IMG/VR virus record: IMGVR_UViG_3300021400_000063
Length of the DNA: 64,000 bases
Origin: a virus
Taxonomy: Duplodnaviria; Caudoviricetes
Strand: one strand, 5' to 3'
Numbering within the stretch: the first letter of the stretch is position 1; every line of letters begins with the position of its first letter. Below are positions 55,520-64,000 of the stretch, one piece after another. Below the pieces are notes generated by a model. That model worked only from the letters and a program-made list of their open reading frames with translations, ran no database searches and had not been told where the DNA came from. The translations under genes were made by a program, and so were the position numbers.

Positions 55520-55552
55520 ATAAATAAATGTTAAGCTTAATGTGATAACAAT

Positions 55553-55584
55553 ATAGAGATCCACCCTATGAGGTGGATCTCTAT
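55553..55584. terminator. Bidirectional terminator
   Basis: ATAGAGATCCACC/GGTGGATCTCTAT. Confidence 0.8.
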
Positions 55585-55597
55585 TAATATATTTTTT

Positions 55598-56275
55598 TTA
55601 TTTTCGTTTGTTATATTTAGGCATATCTGAAGCAGTAATTGGATCAACGATTGGTAATTCGTTAACTTCCATAACAGTTTCATCTTCCCATTTTGCATCT
55701 TTAACGAGTTTATCGATAGCTTCAGCTTCGTAACTAAGTAATCTTCTAGATTCTGCTTTACGAGCATCAAGAATTTCTTTATGCTTTCTAGCAGTATCAG
55801 CTTTCTTAATTCGTTCTTCAGCTGAAATAAAGTCATCACTATCAAATACCCTATCGAACATTTGATTACTAAGATTGTTAACGATTCTATCAGTAATATC
55901 CGAGTAATCGAATAAATGCTTTTCACGTTCCTCAAGTTCTTCTTTAGGAGTGATTTTAGAATCGTTAATTTCTTGTATAAGTTCTATAGCAGTATCAACT
56001 CTATTAGCGTCAACATAACCTTTCTTTTCAGCTTTCTGACGTTTTAATTCATATTCAATAATGAATTCTTCTATTTTATTAGAAATTTCATTTTTAGAAG
56101 ACTGTTGAGGAAACTCAACCGATATACCCCTATTCAAAATAGCTATTACTTTTTCTATAGGGGCATACAATTCTAATGGTGAATATGTACTAAATTCAGG
56201 AAACCAATATCCAGGAGTTTTGACCTTGATACAAACTGGTGTATCGATCGTGAATTTTGAAGTATCTACTGCCAT
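55598..56275 (-). CDS. Hypothetical coiled-coil protein
   Basis: 225-aa ORF in operon with 56284-56832. Confidence 0.6.
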   Translation of the reverse strand: MAVDTSKFTIDTPVCIKVKTPGYWFPEFSTYSPLELYAPIEKVIAILNRGISVEFPQQSSKNEISNKIEEFIIEYELKRQKAEKKGYVDANRVDTAIELIQEINDSKITPKEELEEREKHLFDYSDITDRIVNNLSNQMFDRVFDSDDFISAEERIKKADTARKHKEILDARKAESRRLLSYEAEAIDKLVKDAKWEDETVMEVNELPIVDPITASDMPKYNKRK

Positions 56276-56283
56276 AAATTTCC

Positions 56284-56832
56284 TTATTTAGAATTTCTAG
56301 CAATCCAATATGTAGACAATTCTGTTACACGTGTAACAAGATGTTTCTTAGCAGCATCTGAGAAGTCTACAAGTTTACCATCTTTATCTTCAACTTTAAT
56401 AGTTTTAGCTTTAAGAAGAGTTTCAAAATCTTTAAGATCTTCTTTTGATTCAAATGCAATGAAACATGTAGGTGCTTTTACAAACTGTTTTACAATTTCT
56501 GTTGTAGAAAGTGTACGACGAGCAGTAGTAGATCTACTATCGATAGAATAACCAAAGCGGATATCGAAACGTTTAAATTCATTAATTTTAACAGGTTCTT
56601 TATCTTTATCACTTGGTTTTTCATCATCTACTGGATCTTTATCACCATCTGTTACTTCATCAACTGGAGTTACAGGTGTTTCTGTAGTATCAGGAGTTAC
56701 AGATTTTTCATCTGTTACTGGAGTTTCAGTAGCATCTGGAGTTACAGATGTATCAGGTGTAGAAGAATCTACAGTCTGTTCAGTTGTTTCGTAAATTTCA
56801 TCGTCAGAAAATTGTGAATTTTTCTTAGCCAT
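56284..56832 (-). CDS. Hypothetical protein with T/P/V-rich low-complexity repeats
   Basis: SVTPDATETPVT / SVTPDTTETPVT repeats. AGGAG RBS. Confidence 0.6.
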   Translation of the reverse strand: MAKKNSQFSDDEIYETTEQTVDSSTPDTSVTPDATETPVTDEKSVTPDTTETPVTPVDEVTDGDKDPVDDEKPSDKDKEPVKINEFKRFDIRFGYSIDSRSTTARRTLSTTEIVKQFVKAPTCFIAFESKEDLKDFETLLKAKTIKVEDKDGKLVDFSDAAKKHLVTRVTELSTYWIARNSK

Positions 56833-56876
56833 AATTATATTTCTCCTATATTGTTATAGTTAGTAATTAAAAAATA

Positions 56877-56904
56877 AACTAGGTGTAGATTTCTACACCT
56901 AGTT
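56877..56904 (-). terminator. Intrinsic terminator
   Basis: AACTAGGTGTAGA/TCTACACCTAGTT. Confidence 0.75.
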
Positions 56905-56924
56905 ATAATAAGGAAACTTATAAA

Positions 56925-57752
56925 TTAGAAAGTCCAAGCATCGCGCCAAGATTCAGCGCCAGCTTCAGGTTCCTCACCTACATCATTTCCTTCTTCAGCA
57001 GGAGCTTCTTCACCTTCGCCTTCAGCTTCACCACCTTCAGCAGGCTGTTCTTCACCTTCGCCTTCAGCAGGAGTTTCTTCAGCTGGTTCACTACCTGTAT
57101 CACCAGTTGGTTCAATTGTTACAGCCTTTCCTTCCATTTCGAAATCCATGCTATTATTAGGTGTAGTAACTGAGAATTCTACATCTGCACCAGAAGCAGA
57201 TTCATCAGGTTCACCATCTTCACGAGAGAAGATTCTGTGAAGATTTTCAATTGAAGCTACGTCTGATTCACTTTCGATAGGAACTTCAACATTTTCTGAA
57301 ACTTCACTAGTAGGATCAACAGGAACAGCAGTAGATCCTTCTTCAGGTACGATCTTGATAGTTGTTACACCATCAGCTACATCCTGAGCAACTGGAGAAG
57401 CAGCAGCTTCTTCATCAGCAGAAGGAATAACAGCAGCTTCAGCAACCTTTTCCTCAACAACTTCTTCCATGTCTTCTACAGACAGTCCGAAGTTACGACG
57501 GATGAATGATTCAGAAGCAGCAACTGGATCCATTTCGAGATCATCCTGGTTAGAACCTGTAGCGATTCCACCAGCAGAAGCTTCTTCATTGTGAGAAGTT
57601 TCTGATGTAGAAGGATTCATGTCTACCACTTCAGTATCAGAACCAGCATCTTCTACAACGTCTGTCTCGTCTTTTACGAGATCGTTCATTCCAACATCGA
57701 TTTCATCGTTGTCAGATTCCATAGAAAAAATATCAAAATATCCTTTAGCCAT
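56925..57752 (-). CDS. Highly acidic head core/scaffold-like protein
   Basis: E/D/A/P-rich, SME/ASE/SVE/SIE/SRE/GAE sites, MCP-like codon bias. Confidence 0.55.
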   Translation of the reverse strand: MAKGYFDIFSMESDNDEIDVGMNDLVKDETDVVEDAGSDTEVVDMNPSTSETSHNEEASAGGIATGSNQDDLEMDPVAASESFIRRNFGLSVEDMEEVVEEKVAEAAVIPSADEEAAASPVAQDVADGVTTIKIVPEEGSTAVPVDPTSEVSENVEVPIESESDVASIENLHRIFSREDGEPDESASGADVEFSVTTPNNSMDFEMEGKAVTIEPTGDTGSEPAEETPAEGEGEEQPAEGGEAEGEGEEAPAEEGNDVGEEPEAGAESWRDAWTF

Positions 57753-57777
57753 TTTGATTTCTCCTTAACAAAAATAT

Positions 57778-59250
57778 TTATCTCAGCAAAATATTATCGC
57801 TGTAGATTTCTTCCAAAGATTTCTCTATTACATAACCTAACATTGGGAATAGATAATAAATATCTGCATACTTGATATTGTGCTCATAGAGTTTATCAAT
57901 ATTATTATACAGATATTCAAAACGATCTATAAAATCATATGTTTGTTTATAAACAAACCTGACAATAGTTTCGATTATCATAGATTCTATAGAACTATAA
58001 ACCTTATTACTACAAGGTTCTTGCATTTCGGATTTATTTCCATTCAGAATATTAGTTGTAAGTTTAGCTGGGAATATTTGCTCTTCATCAGGTACACAAT
58101 TCATAATTGGTACATCTGAATAAATTACATTCTTTTTACCAACTAAATAAGATGGAACGCCGTGTTGCATATATGCTATATTAACTGGCGAAACGAACGT
58201 ATTCTTAAAGTTAGCAACCGTTCTTGTCTCTAAACAATTAAAAATAGATCTTTTGTAACCCACACGATCCAAATTGAGTAATGATTCTACTGACAGAGTA
58301 ACTCCATCATATTTACGGAAAATACGATTTTTTGTTATAAAGTGATTTAACATATTATCATATGCTATATCTTCTTTTCTAACAATTCTAGGCATATTTT
58401 GGTATGCAAAAGAATCACCATCATAATTTCCGCGGAATATTCCACCACGTTTGCCAAGAGTATTTATATTATTATTGTCCAATAAGTAATCTTTACCACG
58501 TTTTTGAACGTCATAATTCTTATATAAGTATCCATTTACAGTTTTATCATAGAAAAGATCATTGAAAACTTGAGAAATATGATTACATAAATCTCCCAAA
58601 TGTTGAATATTTTCATATTCTTTTAATGTTAAAACTGGTCTATATGTCGTTCCTACAAATTCATGATAATAAATATATTTAGAAGCGATCATAGTCTCTG
58701 GGAGTCTATAATCTTCTTTATATTGTACATATTGACATTCAAAACCAGAATCTTGTTCAAATGCTTTTGTCTCAACAGTAGAAATTTTATAACATACATC
58801 TCTACCATAATAAGACATTACAAATAAATCGCCTTCAACAGGTTTAATAGTACGAGGTAATATAATTAATGAACCACTAGATTCATAAGATTTATTATCT
58901 TCTTCACCTTCCTGTCCAAAATTAGCAGCACCATTAATTTTAACTTTAAATTTAGAAATTTCATCATATTTCTTAGTATCTAAAGCTACACCATTTGGTC
59001 CATTAGAATCTGAAGCATAATTATTTTGAGGATCTTTTACAGATCTATAATATGTAACAGTTGTGAGGACTCCTATCATCTCCATCATGGAGGTGTTTTT
59101 CATTTTAGTCCGTTCATCAACTATTTCAGATAACATATCTTCAGTATTACTTTGTACAGTATCTGTTTGAGGTGTAGTTATTCGTTCAGTTATAGGTATA
59201 TTTGATAAATAATCACTATCATCGTCATAATCATTGAACTTTTTAGGCAT
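57778..59250 (-). CDS. Virion structural (neck/head-tail connector-like) protein
   Basis: VTYY...KYDEI..F and IILPRTIKPVEGDLF motifs of jumbo-phage neck proteins. Late promoter 59270-59283. Confidence 0.5.
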   Translation of the reverse strand: MPKKFNDYDDDSDYLSNIPITERITTPQTDTVQSNTEDMLSEIVDERTKMKNTSMMEMIGVLTTVTYYRSVKDPQNNYASDSNGPNGVALDTKKYDEISKFKVKINGAANFGQEGEEDNKSYESSGSLIILPRTIKPVEGDLFVMSYYGRDVCYKISTVETKAFEQDSGFECQYVQYKEDYRLPETMIASKYIYYHEFVGTTYRPVLTLKEYENIQHLGDLCNHISQVFNDLFYDKTVNGYLYKNYDVQKRGKDYLLDNNNINTLGKRGGIFRGNYDGDSFAYQNMPRIVRKEDIAYDNMLNHFITKNRIFRKYDGVTLSVESLLNLDRVGYKRSIFNCLETRTVANFKNTFVSPVNIAYMQHGVPSYLVGKKNVIYSDVPIMNCVPDEEQIFPAKLTTNILNGNKSEMQEPCSNKVYSSIESMIIETIVRFVYKQTYDFIDRFEYLYNNIDKLYEHNIKYADIYYLFPMLGYVIEKSLEEIYSDNILLR

Positions 59251-59269
59251 AATTACCCTCTTTAATAGT

Positions 59270-59312
59270 TATATTTGATTGTTACGAGGTAGAACTTTAA
59301 CATTTTAATATA
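59270..59312. promoter_or_regulatory. Divergent pair of late-type promoters
   Basis: Minus AACA ATCAAA TATA (59283-59270) and plus AACA TTTTAA TATA (59299-59312). Confidence 0.65.
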
Positions 59313-59337
59313 TTTGTTAACGAGAGAGGAAATCAAA

Positions 59338-59640
59338 ATGTTTACATTGTATATAGTAAAAAATGTTGACGGTTTACCGAATAAATTAAAAATAGTTTCT
59401 ATACATCAATATAAACCTATAGCTTTTGATCGATTAGAACATATTTTAGCATCATTAGGTTTTAGTTATTATACTGATTATTCTTCAGTAGCAGTTTATA
59501 AAAATACTAAAAAATATGAAATTGGAGATATTATCGAAATATCACCAACAAATAATGATACAATATTCTATAAAACATATTGTTCAGATATTTATTTAGG
59601 TGATTATTCAGATAATATGATTATTGAACTTATAAAATAA
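59338..59640 (+). CDS. Hypothetical protein
   Basis: GAGG RBS before ATG 59338. Late promoter 59299-59312. Confidence 0.5.
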   Translation: MFTLYIVKNVDGLPNKLKIVSIHQYKPIAFDRLEHILASLGFSYYTDYSSVAVYKNTKKYEIGDIIEISPTNNDTIFYKTYCSDIYLGDYSDNMIIELIK

Positions 59641-59663
59641 TTTTATATTAAGGAGATAAAATT

Positions 59664-60617
59664 ATGAGTACTCATAATGAAGAAAACTTGGTTTCAGTAG
59701 AAGATATCAATAAATCTATTGAAAAATTTATCGGAAAACATCCAGAAAATATATCTATGTGGATTGATGGTAAAAATATCATAATTCAAATTAGTAACAT
59801 TGGTATACGTGATAAATTATTTTCTAGATTAGCTTATCTTGTAGAAAATACTTCTATTGAAGATAATTTAACAATATTTAATATGCCTGCTAAATGTGTT
59901 AATGTAACTGATCGAATAGCTAGATTCGTTTGTACAGTAAATGAATTAGTTACATTTGTTGAATCTAACAATTCAGGAAATATTTTAACAGATTCAAATT
60001 CATCATTAGTAACACCTCCTGTTAAGAAATTCTTAAATCGTCTGACAACTAGCAAAACATTTAAACGAGCTCAAACATTTGTTAAGAAATTAACAAATGT
60101 TGACACTAATGTTGTTGATAGTTCTAAAATAACAGTTTATATCATAGGTAAACCTACAGCTCATTGGCAGGATGAAAATGAAGCAGATTGTTCATATGTA
60201 ACTTGGGAAGTCCTCGATATAATTCAGATTGATGCTGGTACTACTTGGAACGATGAAGAATTTAGAGAAAGATTGTCTAATTTAAAAAATTCATTAAATA
60301 TTTATTCTGACTTAGGAGATTATGGAACATTTAACATTGCTTTCAATTCTTCAGACAATGTAAAAATTGAAAATAATGAACTCATTGGAAAGCTTCCAGA
60401 ATTTATACTTGATCCTTCAGTTAAAGTTGGAGATATTATTGATTCTCGTGATTATACTGATGAAGATATTTGGACTAATGGTTATAATTATCAAACAAAT
60501 GATTACGACTACCAACAATATTATAATTTCTCTGAAAATACTTTACCATTGAAAGAAATTGATACAAAACCATATGGAGAAACATTAATTCCTGATGGAG
60601 CAATTATAACTATCTAA
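59664..60617 (+). CDS. Hypothetical protein
   Basis: AAGGAG RBS, terminator 60624-60647. Confidence 0.6.
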   Translation: MSTHNEENLVSVEDINKSIEKFIGKHPENISMWIDGKNIIIQISNIGIRDKLFSRLAYLVENTSIEDNLTIFNMPAKCVNVTDRIARFVCTVNELVTFVESNNSGNILTDSNSSLVTPPVKKFLNRLTTSKTFKRAQTFVKKLTNVDTNVVDSSKITVYIIGKPTAHWQDENEADCSYVTWEVLDIIQIDAGTTWNDEEFRERLSNLKNSLNIYSDLGDYGTFNIAFNSSDNVKIENNELIGKLPEFILDPSVKVGDIIDSRDYTDEDIWTNGYNYQTNDYDYQQYYNFSENTLPLKEIDTKPYGETLIPDGAIITI

Positions 60618-60623
60618 AAATAT

Positions 60624-60647
60624 AGAGACGTTCTTATGAACGTCTCT
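60624..60647 (+). terminator. Intrinsic terminator
   Basis: AGAGACGTTC/GAACGTCTCT plus T run. Confidence 0.75.
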
Positions 60648-60696
60648 TTTATTTAATATATTTATTTAGATATTTAAATATATGAGGTAGTTTTAT

Positions 60697-61416
60697 ATGT
60701 TAATTAGTTTAATAATTAATTTTTATGATAAAGATCATCAACATATACCGAAAATGTTAAATCAAATAAATAATATTTCTTTTAATAAAGAAGTTATATT
60801 TGTTGATGATAGAAATGATAAAACTGAAGATATTAGAAAACTTTATAATATTCCTAATGAATATAAAATAATACCTAGTTTTTCTACTGGTGAAAATATA
60901 GGTACATTTGAAGCTAGAAGAAGTGGGGTTTTAAATGCTATTGGAGATTATATTTGGTTTATAGATATAGATGATGAAATATATGATTTTAATCCTATAA
61001 TGGATGGATCAGATGTAATCTGTTATAATTTCAAAATGAATAATAAACCAAATAAACGTTTTTATAAAACTAGATATTTTACTTGTAAATCATATGAAAA
61101 TTATAAATATGTATATAGATTTCTTCTATACGGTTCATTATGGAGAAATTTGTATTTACGAAAAACTTTATTGAAAGTCTATAAACAAATTCCAACTCAT
61201 AAACATTTATTCTTTTATGAAGATATGTTTTTAAATGGATATGTTTTAAATAATTTAAAACGTATCACTTGTAATACTCAAATTATTTATAATTATAATA
61301 TGACTTATAATTATTATTGGAAAGAAAATGAAGATAAAGTCAATTATATGATAGAACATTCTACTGGAATAGCTAAAAAAATTCTTATAGAATGTAAAAA
61401 TAATTCATTTAGATAA
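60697..61416 (+). CDS. Glycosyltransferase family 2 (GT-A)
   Basis: FVDDR, NIGTFEARRSGVLNAIGDYIWFIDIDD, LW, ED motifs. Confidence 0.85.
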   Translation: MLISLIINFYDKDHQHIPKMLNQINNISFNKEVIFVDDRNDKTEDIRKLYNIPNEYKIIPSFSTGENIGTFEARRSGVLNAIGDYIWFIDIDDEIYDFNPIMDGSDVICYNFKMNNKPNKRFYKTRYFTCKSYENYKYVYRFLLYGSLWRNLYLRKTLLKVYKQIPTHKHLFFYEDMFLNGYVLNNLKRITCNTQIIYNYNMTYNYYWKENEDKVNYMIEHSTGIAKKILIECKNNSFR

Positions 61417-61433
61417 AACGAGGTTTATACATT

Positions 61434-62399
61434 ATGGATTTAACATTATCTATTTTAATTTATGATAACGATCAATATGTGAATTATGTAAATAGATTAT
61501 TGAACTCGATTGATAAAAATTTAAAAAATTATAAAACACTTTTATTAATCGATGATCGAAGAAATCAAGATATTTCATTAGATAAAATTTTTGATTTACA
61601 TAAGTTTAATTATGAAATTATCGAACATGGTGAAAATAAAGGAATTCTACAAGGTTATTTATCATCTATGAAATATTCTAAAACTGATTGGTTATGGATA
61701 TTAGATATGGATGATGAAGTAGCAAGTTTTGATTTTAATACAATACATTTAAAAAACGATGCTGATATAATTTATTTTACAAACTCATATGATACTACAC
61801 GAAAATATTACGAAAATAAACCTAATCAAGAAATAGTTAACTATGATAAGTTTTTTATAGTTTATGGAAAAAAGATAACTAAATTTGAACATATTTTTAA
61901 AGAAACTGAATATGATAGTATAGAATTAATTGTAAACAAACTATCAGATCGATATTATTTATATTATCATTATGAATGGTTTTTAATTCCTGTTTGGGAA
62001 AAAATATTGAATGCCAATTATTGTAAAAAACATATTCTTAAAAAAGATTTTTCTAAATTTGGTAAACTTAATATGTCTGCCGATATGTTAATGGATATAA
62101 TCATATATGATAATTTAAAATCTATTTTAGTAATAAATAAATGTTTACCATATATACATTATCATTATAATTCTGAAAAATATTTTACAGAAATTTATAG
62201 AAATGGGATATATGTACCCAATACCAATGTTCCTGAAGAAACTAAAGAAAGTTGGGGTACAGTAAATAAGTATCTAGATGATATTTTAAACAATAGTCAT
62301 TTCAAAATACTATGGAAGCGCCGTTTAGTTGAAGCTTATACAAATTGTAATATAGATTTTGCTAAATATGGTATAAATTTAAAGGAGGATATAAATTAA
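61434..62399 (+). CDS. Glycosyltransferase family 2 (GT-A)
   Basis: LIDDR, HGENKG, DWLWILDMDD, VWEKI. Confidence 0.8.
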   Translation: MDLTLSILIYDNDQYVNYVNRLLNSIDKNLKNYKTLLLIDDRRNQDISLDKIFDLHKFNYEIIEHGENKGILQGYLSSMKYSKTDWLWILDMDDEVASFDFNTIHLKNDADIIYFTNSYDTTRKYYENKPNQEIVNYDKFFIVYGKKITKFEHIFKETEYDSIELIVNKLSDRYYLYYHYEWFLIPVWEKILNANYCKKHILKKDFSKFGKLNMSADMLMDIIIYDNLKSILVINKCLPYIHYHYNSEKYFTEIYRNGIYVPNTNVPEETKESWGTVNKYLDDILNNSHFKILWKRRLVEAYTNCNIDFAKYGINLKEDIN

Positions 62400-62401
62400 T
62401 T

Positions 62402-63250
62402 ATGTTATTAACATTTGTTGAAAATAAAAACAATACATGGTATAAAAAGATAGAAATTGAGTTTGATGATAATTCTGGTATTGAAGAATTTAGATTTGAT
62501 GATATTATAAAAGATGATAAAATTGAAAATTTACAATATTATTATGATCTATCATCTACATCAGATATCAATAAAATTATAAAACTATATGGTTTCGATT
62601 TCGATAAATATGATTCTGCTACTAAAAAAATTTATTTAAAACAAAATCCAAATTTCAATGATGAAAATTTATTAAAGGAATATGATTATTTCATAATGAA
62701 ATATTTTAAATATAAATTACCTGAAGATAAATCTATAATAGTAATTGATACTATTTTCAATATCGAAGATTTAGATATGGATAAATTTGAAACTATTAAG
62801 GAAATGTCTAAGGATTATGATTCTATAAAAATAACAGAATACCCAAATGATGAAAAAATTAATTTTAATCCATATATGAGTAATAATCATGATAACAAAT
62901 ACATTTTTGATCTTTCTATTTTAAATGAAGTTTTATTAATCGATGAAAGTAAAAACAAACTATATGTTTTGAAATGTCCTATTGGTTTGGAATATAAATT
63001 AATTGGTATAGAAAATTATAATAATGTTATTTTCTTAAAATATGGTGATTTAATCGATTATAAAAAAGATAATATTGAATTAGATATAACTAAAATAGAA
63101 GATTCTAACATTTCTCCTACAAACGGATATATTTTTTCAAATATATTTATTAAAGTAAAATCTATTGATGAAGACATTTTAAATAAATATAATAAACAAA
63201 TGAAAACATTATTTGAAATGGATATAATTTGTGGAGTTTATGATTTATGA
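62402..63250 (+). CDS. Hypothetical protein within GT cluster
   Basis: 282-aa ORF coupled to flanking GTs. No intact DxDD motif. Confidence 0.55.
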   Translation: MLLTFVENKNNTWYKKIEIEFDDNSGIEEFRFDDIIKDDKIENLQYYYDLSSTSDINKIIKLYGFDFDKYDSATKKIYLKQNPNFNDENLLKEYDYFIMKYFKYKLPEDKSIIVIDTIFNIEDLDMDKFETIKEMSKDYDSIKITEYPNDEKINFNPYMSNNHDNKYIFDLSILNEVLLIDESKNKLYVLKCPIGLEYKLIGIENYNNVIFLKYGDLIDYKKDNIELDITKIEDSNISPTNGYIFSNIFIKVKSIDEDILNKYNKQMKTLFEMDIICGVYDL

Positions 63251-64000
63251 ATTTAACTATCGCATTAGGAATTTATGAATGTGATGATTGGATATTTCAT
63301 CTGAATAGAATTTTAGATGAAATATCTAAAAATTTACTAAACTATAATGAATTATTATTAATTGATGATAGACATGATCAAACTATCGAATTAGATAAGT
63401 TTATAAAAAATAAAGATATTAAATATAATTTAATTAAACATGGAAAAAATTTGAAAAATTTATCTGTTCAATTAACAGCTATCAATAATTGTAAATCTGA
63501 TTATATTTGGATCATAGATATGGATGATACGATATTACAGTACGATTTCAATAAAATAAATACTTTGTCTAATCCAGATTTAATCTATTTCGATTCGATA
63601 ATATTCCATAATATAAAAAATTCATTATTCAATATTGTAAATTTTTTACCAGGTTACCAATATTATTTATTTAAATTACAAAATATTGATGATAGGTGTG
63701 TTTTCCAATTACATTTTGATAATATTGTAAAAGCATTATGGTTTAAAATTATTAATATTAATTTTATAAAAAAATGTATATCTGAAATAGATTTAAATAA
63801 ATTTAAAATGTTACGTTATTCAAATGATGTATTATTAAATTTATTTATTTTTAAAAACGTTTCAAAAATATTATTAATAAATGATTTAATTCCATATGTT
63901 TATGATGAAAAATCAATATTCAATTATTATCATATGGATGTAAATGGTAATCCAAATAAAAATATAAAAAAAGAAGTTATAGAATCTTGGAAATGGATTT
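63247..64000 (+). CDS. Glycosyltransferase family 2, partial (runs off right edge)
   Basis: ATGA overlap with previous stop. MNLTIALGIY...LLIDDR...KHGKN...DYIWIIDMDD...LWFKI, a paralogue of 61434-62399. Confidence 0.8.
   Translation, partial: MNLTIALGIYECDDWIFHLNRILDEISKNLLNYNELLLIDDRHDQTIELDKFIKNKDIKYNLIKHGKNLKNLSVQLTAINNCKSDYIWIIDMDDTILQYDFNKINTLSNPDLIYFDSIIFHNIKNSLFNIVNFLPGYQYYLFKLQNIDDRCVFQLHFDNIVKALWFKIININFIKKCISEIDLNKFKMLRYSNDVLLNLFIFKNVSKILLINDLIPYVYDEKSIFNYYHMDVNGNPNKNIKKEVIESWKWI

Noticed and set aside
902-60552. Numerous 60-217-aa ORFs antisense or out of frame within long genes (e.g. 21487-22140, 29203-29712, 40882-41587)
   Set aside because: No RBS or promoter. They are shadows of codon bias in highly expressed genes.
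1-64000. CRISPR array, tRNA genes, introns/inteins, integrase/transposase
   Set aside because: No regularly spaced repeats or cloverleafs seen. TerL, DnaB, MCP and SbcC are uninterrupted and show no intein or homing-endonuclease motifs.
1-64000. Stop-codon reassignment
   Set aside because: Coding density is high and conserved genes are full length under the standard code. TAG and TGA terminate some genes.

Overview
Strongly AT-rich window from a jumbo myophage of the phiKZ/AR9(PBS1)-like group, covering the virion morphogenesis core. It holds the major capsid protein, prohead protease, large terminase, tail sheath and tube, a 2750-aa tape-measure-like protein, baseplate and neck proteins, and about nine head-packaged proteins carrying S/A/G-X-E maturation sites. 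Also present are a DnaB-like helicase, an SbcC/Rad50 ATPase, a dNMP kinase, an HU-like protein, a lytic transglycosylase, a DUF261-like Cys peptidase and a tandem GT2 glycosyltransferase cluster running off the right edge. Two phage-type promoter motifs can be read from the intergenic DNA: a late-type NACA-N6-TAT(A/G) (19 copies, matching the AR9 nvRNAP consensus) and an early-type TATATT-N7-TG. About 20 intrinsic terminators are also visible. This promoter/terminator map exposes orphan transcription units at about 17670-17858, 42480-42645 and 47635-47836. They look like structured minus-strand small RNAs (G-U wobbles favour that strand), and each carries an anti-Shine-Dalgarno segment; one is the exact reverse complement of a consensus translation-initiation region. 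This candidate anti-RBS sRNA set is the most novel signal. All functional calls come from motif recognition by eye; no database search was run.
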